The position numbers were made by a program, and so were the translations under genes. A DNA stretch of 64,000 nt from the human T2T-CHM13v2.0 reference genome, Homo sapiens. The DNA lies in the NCBI RefSeq assembly GCF_009914755.1, contig NC_060928.1, one strand, 5' to 3'. Below are positions 41,144 through 63,214 of this stretch, piece by piece. Every line of letters starts with the position of its first letter. Positions within the stretch are counted from its first letter, which is position 1. The notes under the pieces were generated by a model. It searched no databases and was not told the DNA's origin. It saw nothing but the letters and a program-made list of their open reading frames with translations.

Positions 41144-43554
41144 AAGATTCCTAATGATGCCTATCTGATTTTATTTGCTAAAAGTTTAACTATGATTTAA
41201 GTAATATTTCTCTAAATTTCAGTTCTAAGGCCTTCCCACCCTGGGCCATAATCCATTGTTCTAAGGAAACCACTAGGACCTTGGTATTGGGTTGATAAAA
41301 TCTACACAATCTTCTGAGTGCATTTTAATCTACACAATGGATTTAAGAGAACTGAAGAACTGATCAGTCTAATAAAAGTTTTCAGCATAATTTCCCATGA
41401 CAGTGAATTTATTAATTTGTTTTATAAGTATTACTTTCTACTATGATTTAATTGCACATTCAAAATGGAAAACTTTTGCAAGAGCTTTGTAAGGCAAAAT
41501 GCTAACATGAGTGTGTTCGTTTTTCATTTTCCTTTTTAATAAAGCAACATAACAACATACCAATTATGGATACTAGAGCCCCTGTTGGCGCACAGGTTTC
41601 CTTACTTTCATGCGGGTGAATTACTCAAAGCCAAGTGTTAGACTAGCAGAACACAATTTGCTTTAGATTTACTGACTTAAATATCCAACAGACTTTTGCT
41701 CAACATAAACAGCATAAAACAAATGCATTCAATCTAAGGGGATCTCAGGTGAAACACATTCCCTTGAGCATCAACTGGACATTCTTTGCTCCAGGTAGTA
41801 AACGTGGTTGGGGAAATAGCTGTGGATATCATTGTTTCTGTGCCCGAGAAATGTCACCTTCTCAGGAATGCAATTAACTGAGTGTTCAGGAACATAAAAA
41901 AGCATGGGAAATAAACTGGTGGGTGCTGAAAATTTTCCTTTCTTCATTTCAAAATAAATGGCATGTTTATAACAAACTAAGTAAAAGGCCTATTATTGGG
42001 TTTTGGTGAGCCTGGTGTTCTCTAACTCTTGATTTGGTTCCTTTATAATCAGTAACTTCCAAGTGAATGTTAAGTAAGGGTCAGTAAATGTGAATTACCC
42101 CAAGCTATGTGGCGTGTTGGAAAAAATAAGAACAAGGGGTCATCAAATGAAGTTCTAGTTTAAAATAAATTAATTCTAGGACAGATCAATTTGTTTAGAT
42201 ATTGTTCAGCCAACAAATTCATTCCTATGACCTGAGCCAAAGTCTTCTGACTTTACTCTCAGTTGGCCTCCTCCTTGTCCCTCCCATCCAAGAACAGCAT
42301 GGACAGCTGTGACCCAAAACAGGGTGTGTCTCTGGCTATGGGACTCAGATGCCACATTCTAGATTTTCTCTCTCATCATGGCATTTGAGGTTGAGATCCA
42401 CATGTTGGCTTTGCTTCCTGGGCAGCTGGGAGGTTGTATAGGGTCACAGGGCTTCTCACAGGAGGGCATTGCTTCTCCTTCCCAGTGGCCTAATTTCCCT
42501 CTAGGGTAGAAGTGACACATTTCTGTTCCCCTTGCAGATTCCTCAAAAGTTTCCAAATGATCAGGTGGTTTTTACCTTGGACTGATGCTATATTTTGGGG
42601 ACAATTTCCACAAGGGAGAGGCACTTTACATGACCATCAGCCTTGTGAAGGCTATTATTGCAGCATTTTTGAAAACTATTTGCCTATGAGTTGATTTTTT
42701 GAGTCTTTATGTTTGTATACACACACACACACACACACACGTGCCACAAGATTTTTTTTCTGCTTTTTTCACTTTTAACCCACTGGTCATTCATTTATTG
42801 ACTTGACAAAGACATACTGAGTGCCTGCTCTGTTGCAGACAGTGTCTCTGGATTGACAAAATGTCTGGTTGGTCATATGACTTAGGAATATTGTAGAAGC
42901 ACTTTGGAGAGGTTTCCTCTGAGATCATTAACTTTGAATAAAAAATAAGGCAGTCATCAAGCAGTAATATATTTTCAGGACTCAAAAAAAAAAAAGAAGT
43001 GGGAAAATTTTAAGATCCAGGCTCTTTTCCCAGCACAAGCCTTCTCAGTTATGTGATTTTGAGTTAATCTGAAGGGTTTGTTGTAGTTTCATTTGTTCCT
43101 GGAGTACTATAGGAATCAGATTCCTACATTGAAACTACACCAAACCCTTCAGATAAATGTCAAGGCTATCTCATATGTTTGTTGAATCCAGAAGATCCTA
43201 CAGCTATCATATATAAATTATCAGTGATATAATCAAAAAAGATTTCTAACTTTTAATTTGATTTTATGGTTCTGGTACTCCTCTCGGTAAATGTAGGAGA
43301 TAAGAAATTGTTTTTCTCCATAAATGAAAAAAATCTTCAATTTATAGCCCAAAGACATGTCTTTGTCTTTTAATCCTATGCCAATATTACCCTCTTGGGG
43401 CTATGTTTTCTGCCACTCTCAAGACTAGGCATTTATGTTTTCCTCAAAGAATGGTGATTCATGAGACCAACTCTTCTCATTGAAGACTCAGATGTGGTAA
43501 GATTGCTACACATGAAACATTCCACATGGAAACTGGTTTAAAAAATTTATAATG

Positions 43555-44605
43555 ATCAGGGAAATGCAAATCAAAACCACAATTTGATATCACTTTACTC
43601 CTGCAAGAATGGCCATAATCAAAAAACCAAAAAACAGTAGATGTTGGTGTGGATACGGTGAAAGGGAAACACTTCTACACTGCTGCTTGGAATGTAAACT
43701 AATACAACCACTATGGAAAACAGTGTGGAGATTCCTTAAGGAACTGAAGGTAGAACTACCATTTGATCCAGCAATCCCACTACTAGGTATCTACCCAGAA
43801 GAAAAGAAGTCATTATATGAAAAAGATAGTTGCACACACATGTTTATAGCAGCACAATTCACAATTGCAAAAATGAGGAACCAACCCAAATGCCCATCAA
43901 TCAACAAGTGGATAAAGAAACTGATATATATATATAAATATATATATATTGCCCACATTAGTCTTGAACTCCTGGCATCAACTGATCCTTCTGCTTTGGC
44001 CTTTCAAAGTACTAGGATCATAGGCCTAAGCCACTGTGCCTGGCCAGCACATTAATTTTTTTATCAACACTTCACGTATTTCCAGCATAGGAAGAGAAAC
44101 ACAAAGCCTCAACAGGACACTTTTCCCCAGACAATGACTAAAAATGCATATATATATCAATATCAATATATATATAAATGCATATATATATCTATATATA
44201 TATTGATCAGAAACTGATCTATATATATATATATATATACACACAATGGAATACTACTCAGCCATAAAAAGGAATGAATTAACAGCATTTGCAGTGACCT
44301 GGATGAGATGGGAGACTATTATTGTAAGTGAAGTAACTCAGGAATGGAAAATCAAACATTGTATGTTCTCACTCTTAAATGGGAACTAAGCTATGAGGAT
44401 GCAAAGGGATAAGAATGACACAATGGACTTTGGGGACTCAGGGGGAAAGGATGGGAAGGGGGTGAAGTATAAAAGACTACAAATTGGGTTCAGTGTATAT
44501 TGCTTGGGTAATGGGTGCACCAAAATCTCAGAAATCACCGTAAACAAACACATGTAAACAAACACAACCTGTTCCCCCAAAACCTATGGAAATAAAATAT
44601 TAAAA
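43555..44605 (+). mobile_element. L1PB/late-L1PA 3' fragment interrupted by a TA repeat and an inverted duplication
   Basis: [28 protein letters not shown]2 C-terminus and L1 3'UTR. Confidence 0.9.
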
Positions 44606-45023
44606 AATATATAACTGCATTACATTATTACTTTAACACTTACTTGAATATAAGAAAAACATTTAACACTATAAGACCAACGAACATATAGAAAGTGATG
44701 GAAAGTCTCATCTTGAAGAGACACAGCGGTGGGCTAACTCCAGATATTCTCAAAGGAGTTTTGAAAGAAATACTTTAATACATCCATACATACACATCAA
44801 AAAATAGACAGAAGGGAAACAAGTAAGGTAGAAATAGAAAACTATCATACAAAATAAAACTGATTAAGCACATGTATTGCCAATATATCCTTACTTTCAA
44901 TCATTATGTTAAGTAAACATCTATTTTTTTAGTCATTGTCCGGGGAAAAGTGTCCTGTTGAGGTTTTGTGTTTCTCTTCCTATGCTGGAAATATGTGAAG
45001 TGTTGATAAAAAAATTAATGTGC

Positions 45024-45180
45024 TGGCCAGGCACAGTGGCTTAGGCCTATGATCCTAGTACTTTGAAAGGCCAAGGCAGAAGGATCAGTTGATGCCAAGA
45101 GTTCAAGGCTAATGTGGGCAATCTCTACACAAATTTAAAAAATTAGTCAGGCATGGTGGCATGTGCCTATAGTCCCAGCT
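45024..45180 (+). mobile_element. Truncated AluJ-like fragment
   Basis: Left monomer and start of right monomer, ending at gtcccagct. Confidence 0.8.
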
Positions 45181-45435
45181 TAAGTCTCAAATTAACTTAA
45201 TTACAATGGGAAATACAGAGACTTGAAATTTTAAGCCATACATCCTCTGGAGAATATTTTTAATCTTAATACCTCAATTTTTAAAGAGAATGTTTGTTTT
45301 TGACTCAGAATGTTCTTGACATGAACTATCAGGATTAGGTTCTAGAATCATTACATATATGAAGTCTTGAATTCTGCATGAAATTTTTAGTAGTTTTGCT
45401 GTGACTCAGCTAGAAGCAGAACACTCTAAAGAGTC

Positions 45436-45809
45436 TGATATGGTTTGGCTCTGTGTCCCCACCCAAATCTCATGTTGAATTGTAATCCCCAGTTTTGGGG
45501 GAGGGACCTGGTGTGAGGTGATTGGATCATGGGGGCAGATTTCCACCTTGCTGTTCTCGTGATAGTGAGTGAGTTCTCATGAAATCTAGTTGTTTAAAAG
45601 TATGTAGCACCTCCTCCTTCACTCTCTCTCTTGCTCTGCCATGTGAAAATTGTACCTGCTTCTCCTTCACCTTCTGCCATGATTATAAGTTTCCCAAGGC
45701 ATCCCCAGCCATGCCTCCTGTGGAACTGTGAGTAAATTAAACCTCTTTTCTTTACAAACCATCCAGTCTCAGGTAGTTCTTTACTGCAATGTGAGGATGG
45801 ACTAATACA
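45436..45809 (+). mobile_element. MaLR solo LTR (MSTA-like)
   Basis: TGATATGGTTTGGCTCTGTGTCCCCACCCAAATCTC...GGACTAATACA. Confidence 0.9.
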
Positions 45810-46389
45810 GTGTGCCTTTAAAACGTTTTTACTACTGGTTTGATCACCAATATCCATGTTTTGCTGTTTAAAGAGAAATTATTTATCAGAGCTCTAGAGC
45901 TAGAATAAAGCAAGTTTTATTAATCTGGGTTCCACTAATTAAGTCTGCAAAATTATTTATTTGATTGGAATGGCTTTAGTGTTGCATTGTTTATACAGAA
46001 AAATTTTGCTACTTTGCAAATTAGTACGCAAAATTTGTAGTGTCTGATTTATCAAACACTACACTAGTGTCAAAAAAAATCAATTTTTTTGAGAAAAGGA
46101 AAGTTCTCAAACTTCTCAGTTTAATTCTGTATTACCAGATATAGCTAATTATGAATATGTTGTTACGCTCTCCTCTTTTTCTTCCATGTAAGTTTTAAAA
46201 TGCATTTTTATTATGACTCATATTTCATCATATTACAGTATCTAGCACATGGCTTTTCGCTCTTAGATAAGGCACAATTGAATTGGGTCTTAATCAGTTT
46301 TTTAAATCTAGAGTAGTGCTTTGCATAAATAAAATATGTGTTGAGTGAATAATATTAACTCAATAACAATAAACATTTATGAGTGCTTT

Positions 46390-52534
<6,145 letters not shown>

Positions 52535-53066
52535 TGTGAGTGCTTTCAATAAATATTTATTGAGTGGATAAAGGACAGAATGATGACTACTCTCTATCTG
52601 AAGAGACTCTGTGAGGCAAAGGAGAGTGTGAAATGGTAACAAATTGCAACTAGGAGTCCCGAGGTGACAGTTTTACCATTAAGGGAAGAGTAGGTAGTTT
52701 GGTAGTGAAGGCAAGGAAAGTAAACTTGACTTTTCAAAAAATTAGGTTAATTCTTCCTAGGTTAATACTTCCAACTCCTAGGAAGTTTTTAGAGAGTTCT
52801 GGGGTGTTTTCAGTTATCAGAATGATTGTGGGAGGGGGGATTGTCTAACTGGCAATTATTGGTAGGGAGACAGGAATCCTAGATGTCCCCATGTATTAGA
52901 AAGTCCCACACCATAAAGAGTTTTCCAAATCTCAAACAGCCCCTGGATGTTCTGCTGGATTTTCAGGCTAATGGAGCACATTTTTGTGTGATTATCTGAG
53001 CCTAGACCAGTGTTTCTCAAACTTTAATAGGCATATGAACCACTTGGGAGCCTTCATGTAGTGAAG

Positions 53067-53337
53067 GGTTTTTTTTTGTATTTTTAAAACGGATATATCA
53101 TAGATGTATATATTTTTGAGGTACATGTGGTGTTTTAATACATGTATACAATGTGGAATGATCAAGTCAGGTAATTGGGATATCCATTACCTGCAACACT
53201 GATCCTCTCTTTGTGTTGGGAACATTACAATTCTTCTCTTCTAGTGATTTTGAAATATACAATAAATTATTATTTATTATAATTTCCCTACTGTATTATT
53301 GAATATTATAACTTATCCTTTCTATCTACTTATATTT
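53067..53337 (-). mobile_element. L1MA 3' end inserted in a MER5-like element
   Basis: TSD ATGTA(G/A)TGAAG at 53056-53066 and 53338-53348; MER5-like flanks at 53008-53055 and 53349-53420. Confidence 0.8.
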
Positions 53338-54151
53338 ATGTAATGAAGATTCTAATTCTTCAGGTCTTATATGTGGCCTAAGAGTCCCATATAACCAGCT
53401 CCAGGTGACGCAAAGACACTGGTTCATGGGTCCCCTCCCAGAAGGTGTGATTGAACTGACTGGGGTGAGTCCTATGCATCTGGAGCATTGAAGGCTTCCT
53501 GGGCTGTTTTAATATGCAATCATGGTTAACAATTACTAGCCTAGAGACTAACTCTTTTTACATATAAACACAATGTAATTTTTACATGGTTTTAGGTACA
53601 GGGAATCTTTTATGACACCATGTAAATGGAAGAAAGGCTGTACTTTGATTTGTTTTGAACTGTTCCTAAGAGCTGTTCACCCTTTGGAAAGTTGAGCCCC
53701 TGATGGCAAGACCAGTCATAGTATTTGAGATGTTAATTCATTCTATCTGTATTGGTAGCTTTTGAATTCACAGTGATCCACCTAACTTGGTAAGTTTTTG
53801 ACACTTTCAATGGGTCTTCCCTAGTATAATCATGCCCAAACATTTATATATTTATATACATATGTTGATTTACTTTCTTTTTATTTCTCATTTATAATAC
53901 AATTAATAATTATGTTGATTTTTTAAAAATATGTGGGCAGGGAGGTTATTATCTGTCAATGTCATTTTGGGATATTAGTGGGGCAATTGGGTCTGATAGA
54001 GCTGAAAACTTCTGAATCAGAATGGAGGGCAGGGGAGCACCATCATAGGCAGCAGACTTGAGGAAAGGGGCTTTAGGCTATAAGAGAACTGAATACAGTG
54101 TCTTCACCTGAAGGTCAGTGGATGGCTTCATAAGTCTCATTAAAATTATGC

Positions 54152-54449
54152 CTTTTTTTTTTTTTTGCTTTGAGACAGTCTCACTCTGTCACCCAGGCTG
54201 GAATGCAGTGGCACGATCTTCGCTCACTGCAACCTCTGTCTCCCCATTCAAGCAATTCTCATGCCTCAGCCTCCTGAGTAGCTGGAATTACAGGTGCACC
54301 ACCACGCCTGGCTAGCTTTTGTATTTTTAATAGCGACAGGGTTTTGTCATGTTGACCAGGCTGGTCTCAAACTCCTGACCACAAGTGATCTGCCTGCTTC
54401 AGCCTCCCAAAGTGCTGGGATTATAGGCATGAGCCACTGTGCTTGGCCT
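54152..54449 (-). mobile_element. AluS
   Basis: Alu dimer with T tail. Confidence 0.93.
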
Positions 54450-55101
54450 AAAATTACAACTTTAAATAACAAAAATTTAAATCAAAAAGGAAAAAGCCCA
54501 TAATCTGACTACCTATTCAAATAAGCTATTTTCATTTTTTTCTGTTTCTTATCCATGTATATGAAAATAAAAAATAATGTAATTGTAGAGTAGATATGAT
54601 TTTGTATTTTTTCTATTAATATTGTGGTAAACACTTCCCTTTTAATGACTGTATCATGTTCTTATAACAATGTCTTAACCGTTTCGCTAATTGTAACTGA
54701 AAATGGATTTAAATGTTTGCTACTATGAATAACATTGCAATATATATTTGTATGATTAGAATTTCTTTTTATAGTGGAGAGATTATTCCTTTAGGGAGAA
54801 TTGCCAGGAGTGAGATTACATGGTCAACACCTATGAATATTTTTATGACTAAAATGTGTTGCCACATAGCTTGCTGGAAGGGCTATACCAAAAGCAAGTT
54901 GGCTTTTAAAGGTCAAACTTATTTTGATACAAGATCTACATATGTGCCACATTAACTAACCATTTATCAACTGGTGAGAAATAAAATATATCATTTCTTA
55001 ACATACAGAATAAGAATATAATCCAGCAATTGTGCCAAAATCTTCATGTTATGAATGGGCCAGGCAATCACAAACCTCAGTTCTCTTCATTTTGGTCATA
55101 A

Positions 55102-55396
55102 TTTTTTTTCTAATTATGACGGAGTCTTGCTCTGTCGTCCAGCCTGGAGTGCAGTGGCATGATCTCGGCTCACTGCAACCTCTGCCTCCTGGTTTCAAGT
55201 GATTTTTCTGCCTTGGCCTCCCGCGTAGCTGGGATTACAGCACCCTCCACCACACCTGGCTAATTTTTGTATTTTTATTAGAGATGGGGTTTCACCAGGT
55301 TGGTCAGGCTGGTCTTGAATTCCTGACCTCAAGAGATCCGCCTGCCTTGGCCTCCTAAAGTGCTGGGATTGCAAGTGTGAGCCATCATACCTGGCC
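55102..55396 (-). mobile_element. AluS with TSD
   Basis: TSD TTTGGTCATAATTTT at 55091-55105 and 55398-55412. Confidence 0.93.
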
Positions 55397-55609
55397 CTTT
55401 GGTCATAATTTTAAAGTAGATCCCCTCTTCTCTAAGTCACATTTTGGAAACTCTGTGGCCCAAGCCTCAGGTATGGTTATTTCCATTCTTCTTTTTGCCA
55501 TAGCATACGTGAGAGGGCTGAGGCTGTAATTTTACTTGTGTATATGCATGTTAGATCTCATTTTACTTCATAATCTCCAACACTTGAGAGGATTAAAAAT
55601 GAAGATTAT

Positions 55610-55899
55610 GGCCGGTGAGATGGGTCATGCCTGTAATCCCAGCACTTTGGGAGGCTGAGGTAGGAAGGTTGCTTGAGCCCAGAAGTCTGAGACCAGCCTG
55701 GGCAACATGGAGAACCCCATCTCAACAAAATATTTTTAAGATGAGCCAGGTGTCATGTGCCTGTAGTCCTAGCTACTTGGAAGGCTGAGGCGGGAGGAGC
55801 CCTTCAGGGGTTGAGGCTGTCATGGGCTGTGATTGCACTCCACTGCACTCCAGCCTGGAACACAGAGTGAGACCTTGTTTCAAGAAAAAAAAAAAAAAG
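55610..55899 (+). mobile_element. AluJ
   Basis: Diverged Alu dimer with poly(A). Confidence 0.9.
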
Positions 55900-56764
55900 A
55901 AAATTACAACTGGTTCCCAAACTTCTTGGAAACAACATAACTTTCCTCTTAATAAATAAAGCAGTCAGATTCTGAGGTATAGTTTAAAAAATACCTTACA
56001 TAAGTGATTTCATCTGCACAGTGCCAGAGTTGCATTGTTCTATTATTCTTGATTTAGCAGATGCATTTCATGAAATGGCTAAAATATACATGTGATAGCA
56101 CTTAGGGAAATTGGAGCCATAGGTGATGTCAGAGAGAATAGATCCCTTCCATGACATTGATTTAAATCAGGTGACAGGATCTGAGATCTGGTGTTTTTAA
56201 AACTGCCTCATGATGACTTTTAGTCTTAGCAAAAGTGGCTAAATCCCTTTCTTTCTTCTCCCTCCAAAATACTTAAAATCTTTGTGTAAAATTGGGAATA
56301 ACACCATTTATTGGCTATTCCACAAGTAAGACACTCACTTGCATTCATTCTTGGGGTTGCTTTCTTTTCTTACATTCTTATTTGATTTTCCCGTCTTGAG
56401 CACTGATTTAAACTTCCTTGAAGATCAGGGCATCTGTTTATTTAATTTCATGGCTGCCTCTTTTTCTTATTATCTCCAGGGACATCTTTATGGATCACTG
56501 AAGAAGAATACTTCATTTCTCAAACAACACAAATTATGGCATTCAGCAGCAGCCAGATATACCTTACACGTGGAATTTTAAATGCAGGGGAACACCAAAT
56601 AAGTTGGTAAAACCAGGAAGAATGGATGGGATGGTCTTAGGAGCAAGCATGGGGGAATGGGTGCTCATTATAACATTATTAGTGAAATAAAATAAACCTT
56701 AAAAAAGAGTGTGTTTTAGGTTCATGTACTAGAGACGGTTGTGAGACTTTGGGCAAATTCCTTA

Positions 56765-57058
56765 TCTTTTCTGTTTTGAGACATAGTCTTGCGCTATTGT
56801 CTGGGTTGAAGTGTAGTGGCACAATCATAGCTCAGTGCAGCCTCTGGGCTCAAGAGATCCTCCCACCTCAGCCTCTCGAGTAGCTGGGACTATAGGTACA
56901 TATACCACCACCACTCCCAGCTAATTTAAAAAATTTTTTTGTAGAGACAGGGTCTCACTCTGTTGCCCAGGCTGGTCTCCAACTCCTGGCTTTAAGCAGT
57001 TCTTCTGCTTTGGCCTCCCAAAGTGCTGGAATTACAGGTGTGAGTCACCATGTGGAGC
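56765..57058 (-). mobile_element. AluJ
   Basis: Diverged Alu dimer in reverse. Confidence 0.88.
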
Positions 57059-58274
57059 CTTCTTTAACTTTTCTAACCTCAGATTTATCTTCCATAAATT
57101 GGGTTAATGCCTACTTTCATCAAGGTTAGATAATGCTTTTCTTCCTCAGTCTTCTTCCTTGTGGTGGGTCCTGAATGATGGCAAACGAAGGTGGCTGATA
57201 TTTGAAAAACCCAGATAGGCATTTTATTCTATTATTTTTATTTTACCTCTGGTATTGTGGGAGAAATATTAGCCTTTGGACTCAATAAACAAACTCCAGA
57301 CATAATGAAGTATTTAGCAAGGTGGAAAGATGCAAGGCCCATAGACAAAACTCAATTTTATTTATATAAAGCACCAGCAAAAAATTGGAATATAAAACAA
57401 ATAGAAGTATCCTATCCATAAAAGCATCCAAAAAACACAAAACAAAAATAAATTTAACAAAAGATGTGTAAAGCTCTACACTAAACAGTCAAAAATATAA
57501 ATGAGAGAAATTAAAGAAGATCTATATAAACGGAGAAATATGCTATGTTTATAGGCTGGGAGACTCAATATTGTTAAGATTGTTCTTCCCAAATTGGACT
57601 ATATATTCATTGACATCCCAATCAAAACTCCAAAAGAAATTTTTGGTAGAAATTAACAAACTATTTTTAAAATGTATATGGAAATGCAAAGAACCAAGAA
57701 TAGCCAAAAATAATCTTGAAAAAAACAACAGCAAAGTCTGAGGATGTACCCTACCAGATTTTAAAGACTTACTACAAAGCAATAGTAATCAAGACCATAT
57801 GGTATTGGCATGAGGACAGACAAAGCAGTCAACAAATCAAGTCTGAAAACAGACCCACACATAGATGTTCAAATGATTTTTCAGTAAGTGTCAAAGTGAT
57901 TCAAGAGGAAAGAAAACTCTCTTCATAAGATGACATTGAAGCAACTGAATATCTAAATAGAGAAAAAAACCCTTCAACTTCAGCTTTACATAATATACAA
58001 ACATTAATTAATATGAATCACAAACCCAAACACAAAAAGCAAAAACTTCAAAAGTACCTAGAACAAAATAGAATGATTTATTATGATTTCTGCAAAATCT
58101 ATTAATTCAATGCAATTCCCATTGGGTACAGTGTACACTGCTTAGGTGAAGGGTGCACCAAAATCTCACAAATCACCACTAAAGAGAACACAAAAAATGC
58201 TAACCACAAAAGAAAAAAATGATAAATTGAACTTTATCAAAATTAAAATCACCTGCTTATCAAAAGACACTATG

Positions 58275-60550
<2,276 letters not shown>

Positions 60551-61672
60551 GAATACATAAGCCCCAAACTAGAAAAAATATTTGTAACACAAAGATTTGA
60601 CAAGGATTTTGAATCTAGATTATATATAAAGAACTTCTACAAATCAATAATGAAACTTTGAGCAATACAGTAAACATAGGCAAAAGGTTTGAACAGATGT
60701 ATTACAAAAGAGGATATATGAATGATCAATTAACACAAAAAAAGATGGTCAATACCATTAGTCCTTAGGAAAAGGCAAATTAAAATTGCAATGTGTTACG
60801 TCACATGTACAAAAACGGTTAACATTTAAAAGACTAACAATACCAAATGTGGGTGAAGACATGGAAAAATGGATCTCACATATATTGCTGGAGAGAGTAT
60901 AAAATGGAACAGCCACTTTGGAAAAATATTTGGCAGTTACTTATGAAGTTAAACATATATCTACCCTATGAACTAGTAATTAGGTATTAAATGTTGAGAA
61001 ATGAAAACATTCATTGAGCCAAACCTGGAAACAATCCAAAGGTTCATGAACAAGAGAATAGATAAACAAATTGTACTATATTCATACAAAAATACTTCCC
61101 AGCAATAAAAAAGAATAAAGTACTGATATGCACAACCTACAAGAGTCTCAAAAACATTATGTTAAACAAAAGAAGCAAGACCCAAAGTTAAACGTGCTGT
61201 ATGATTGCCTTTATATAAAGTTCAAGAACAGACAAAACTTATCTATGATGAGAGAAAGAAGAACAATGGTTACCTATGAGCGGGATTCACTGGAAGGAGT
61301 ATATGGAAAATTTTGACGGTAAAGGAAATGTTCTATGCTTGGAAATTTCTACCAAAAATGGTGTTTTTTAAAAGACAGTTTGAGGTATTGATGAAGTGTA
61401 TATATACATTTATCACAACTCATCAGATTGTACACTTAAGATCTGTTCACTTTATATAAATTTTACTTTAATGAAAATGAAAAAGAATGCATCTTAATTA
61501 GAAATCAGGCTGGGAAAACCAAAGGAAAGCAACTTAATTTATTTTGTTTCTCTGGTATTTAAAATTGAAATAATCCATATGTCACCAACTCAAATATTTT
61601 CTCTCCACCATCTATTTTATACATCTTTCCAGTTTTGAGTGGCAAGCAAAGAGGATACTAATTCACAGTTTT

Positions 61673-61811
61673 TTGTTTTGTTTTGTATTTTTAGTAGAGA
61701 TGGAGTTTCACCATATTGGCCAGGCTGGTCTTGAACTTCTGACCTTGTGATCCACCCACCTCAGCCTCCCAAAGTGTTGGGATTACAGGCGTGAGCCACC
61801 GTGCCCTGCCT
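61673..61811 (-). mobile_element. Alu left monomer only, with TSD
   Basis: TSD ATTCACAGTTTT at 61661-61672 and 61813-61824. Confidence 0.85.
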
Positions 61812-62895
61812 GATTCACAGTTTTATACATATAATAAGAGCTGCAAATAGTGGTTTGCATTTTCATTACTTCCAGCAAGTAGTGTTTCATTATATGCATT
61901 TTACAGTATCTTTAGTTCTCTTGTCAAGCCTTGTAGAGCACTTGAAGTGCTCTTCATTTAATGGTACTCTACTTCTCATAGGTTGAGCAGAACTGAAGGG
62001 TAGGGAAAGATTGTTTTGGGAAATCCAGAATTCTTTCCCTAAACCTTTACATTTTTAGAAACTAAAATACCTGGGAGAATGATGAGGAGACATGCTGTAA
62101 TTAAGGAAGTAATCTGTTGATGGTGTGGCGGTGGCAATGATTAGTAAGAGGTGCTGAGCACAGTAAATACATAACCCAGGAGAACTAGGTGCCCTGTGTT
62201 TCAATGAGGAAATTTCATCGGAAAAGTTAGAATTTTATGACAAGCACACATAAACATATGTCCCAATAGTCCCTTCCAGCTATTGCTGTCCACTCACACT
62301 TATAACCATTCAGAGCTATCTCCTTGCTATTAATGTCTAACTTTCTTACTGACCTACCAGCAGGGTTTCCCCCACCCAGCTGTGTCCCTTCAGGATCTAA
62401 GGAACTATTAAATAAGAAAAAAAATTTTTGTCCATTCCTGTTCCACATCCTGTCAGCATGACCCTTCTCCTTCTCTATGTCCTTCTGAGGCATCCTAATT
62501 ACTCCACAGAGCTTCACACTGCATGCTGTAGTCCAAAGTACATTGCAGCTCCCCTCCTTCTTTCCTGACACCCAGTTTGTGACCAGTCATGTACTTGGTG
62601 GCTGGTCATTCATTAGCTCATACTCATACTCTCTGTTGTTGCTGTTAATCAACCTCAGCAAGCTCTTGATGTTAAGGACTACGACTTCTGTTTCTTGTAC
62701 TCCAGGCAGTGCTCTATCATATATAGCTGTTTAATTAACGAATGAATTAGTTAACTTTAACTCAATTCCAGAAATTAAATCATATTTGGCAGCTCAAACC
62801 TATAAGTTATAGTGCATTTCTTATCAATTTTAAAATAAAGAGTTTATTTCAACCTTTCTTGAGTGCAAGAAAGGTTCAGTTTTATCCAGAAGTAG

Positions 62896-63214
<319 letters not shown>

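Noticed and set aside
54152-57058. Oppositely oriented Alu pairs as a dsRNA source
   Set aside because: Common arrangement, diverged subfamilies, intergenic; no evidence of transcription.
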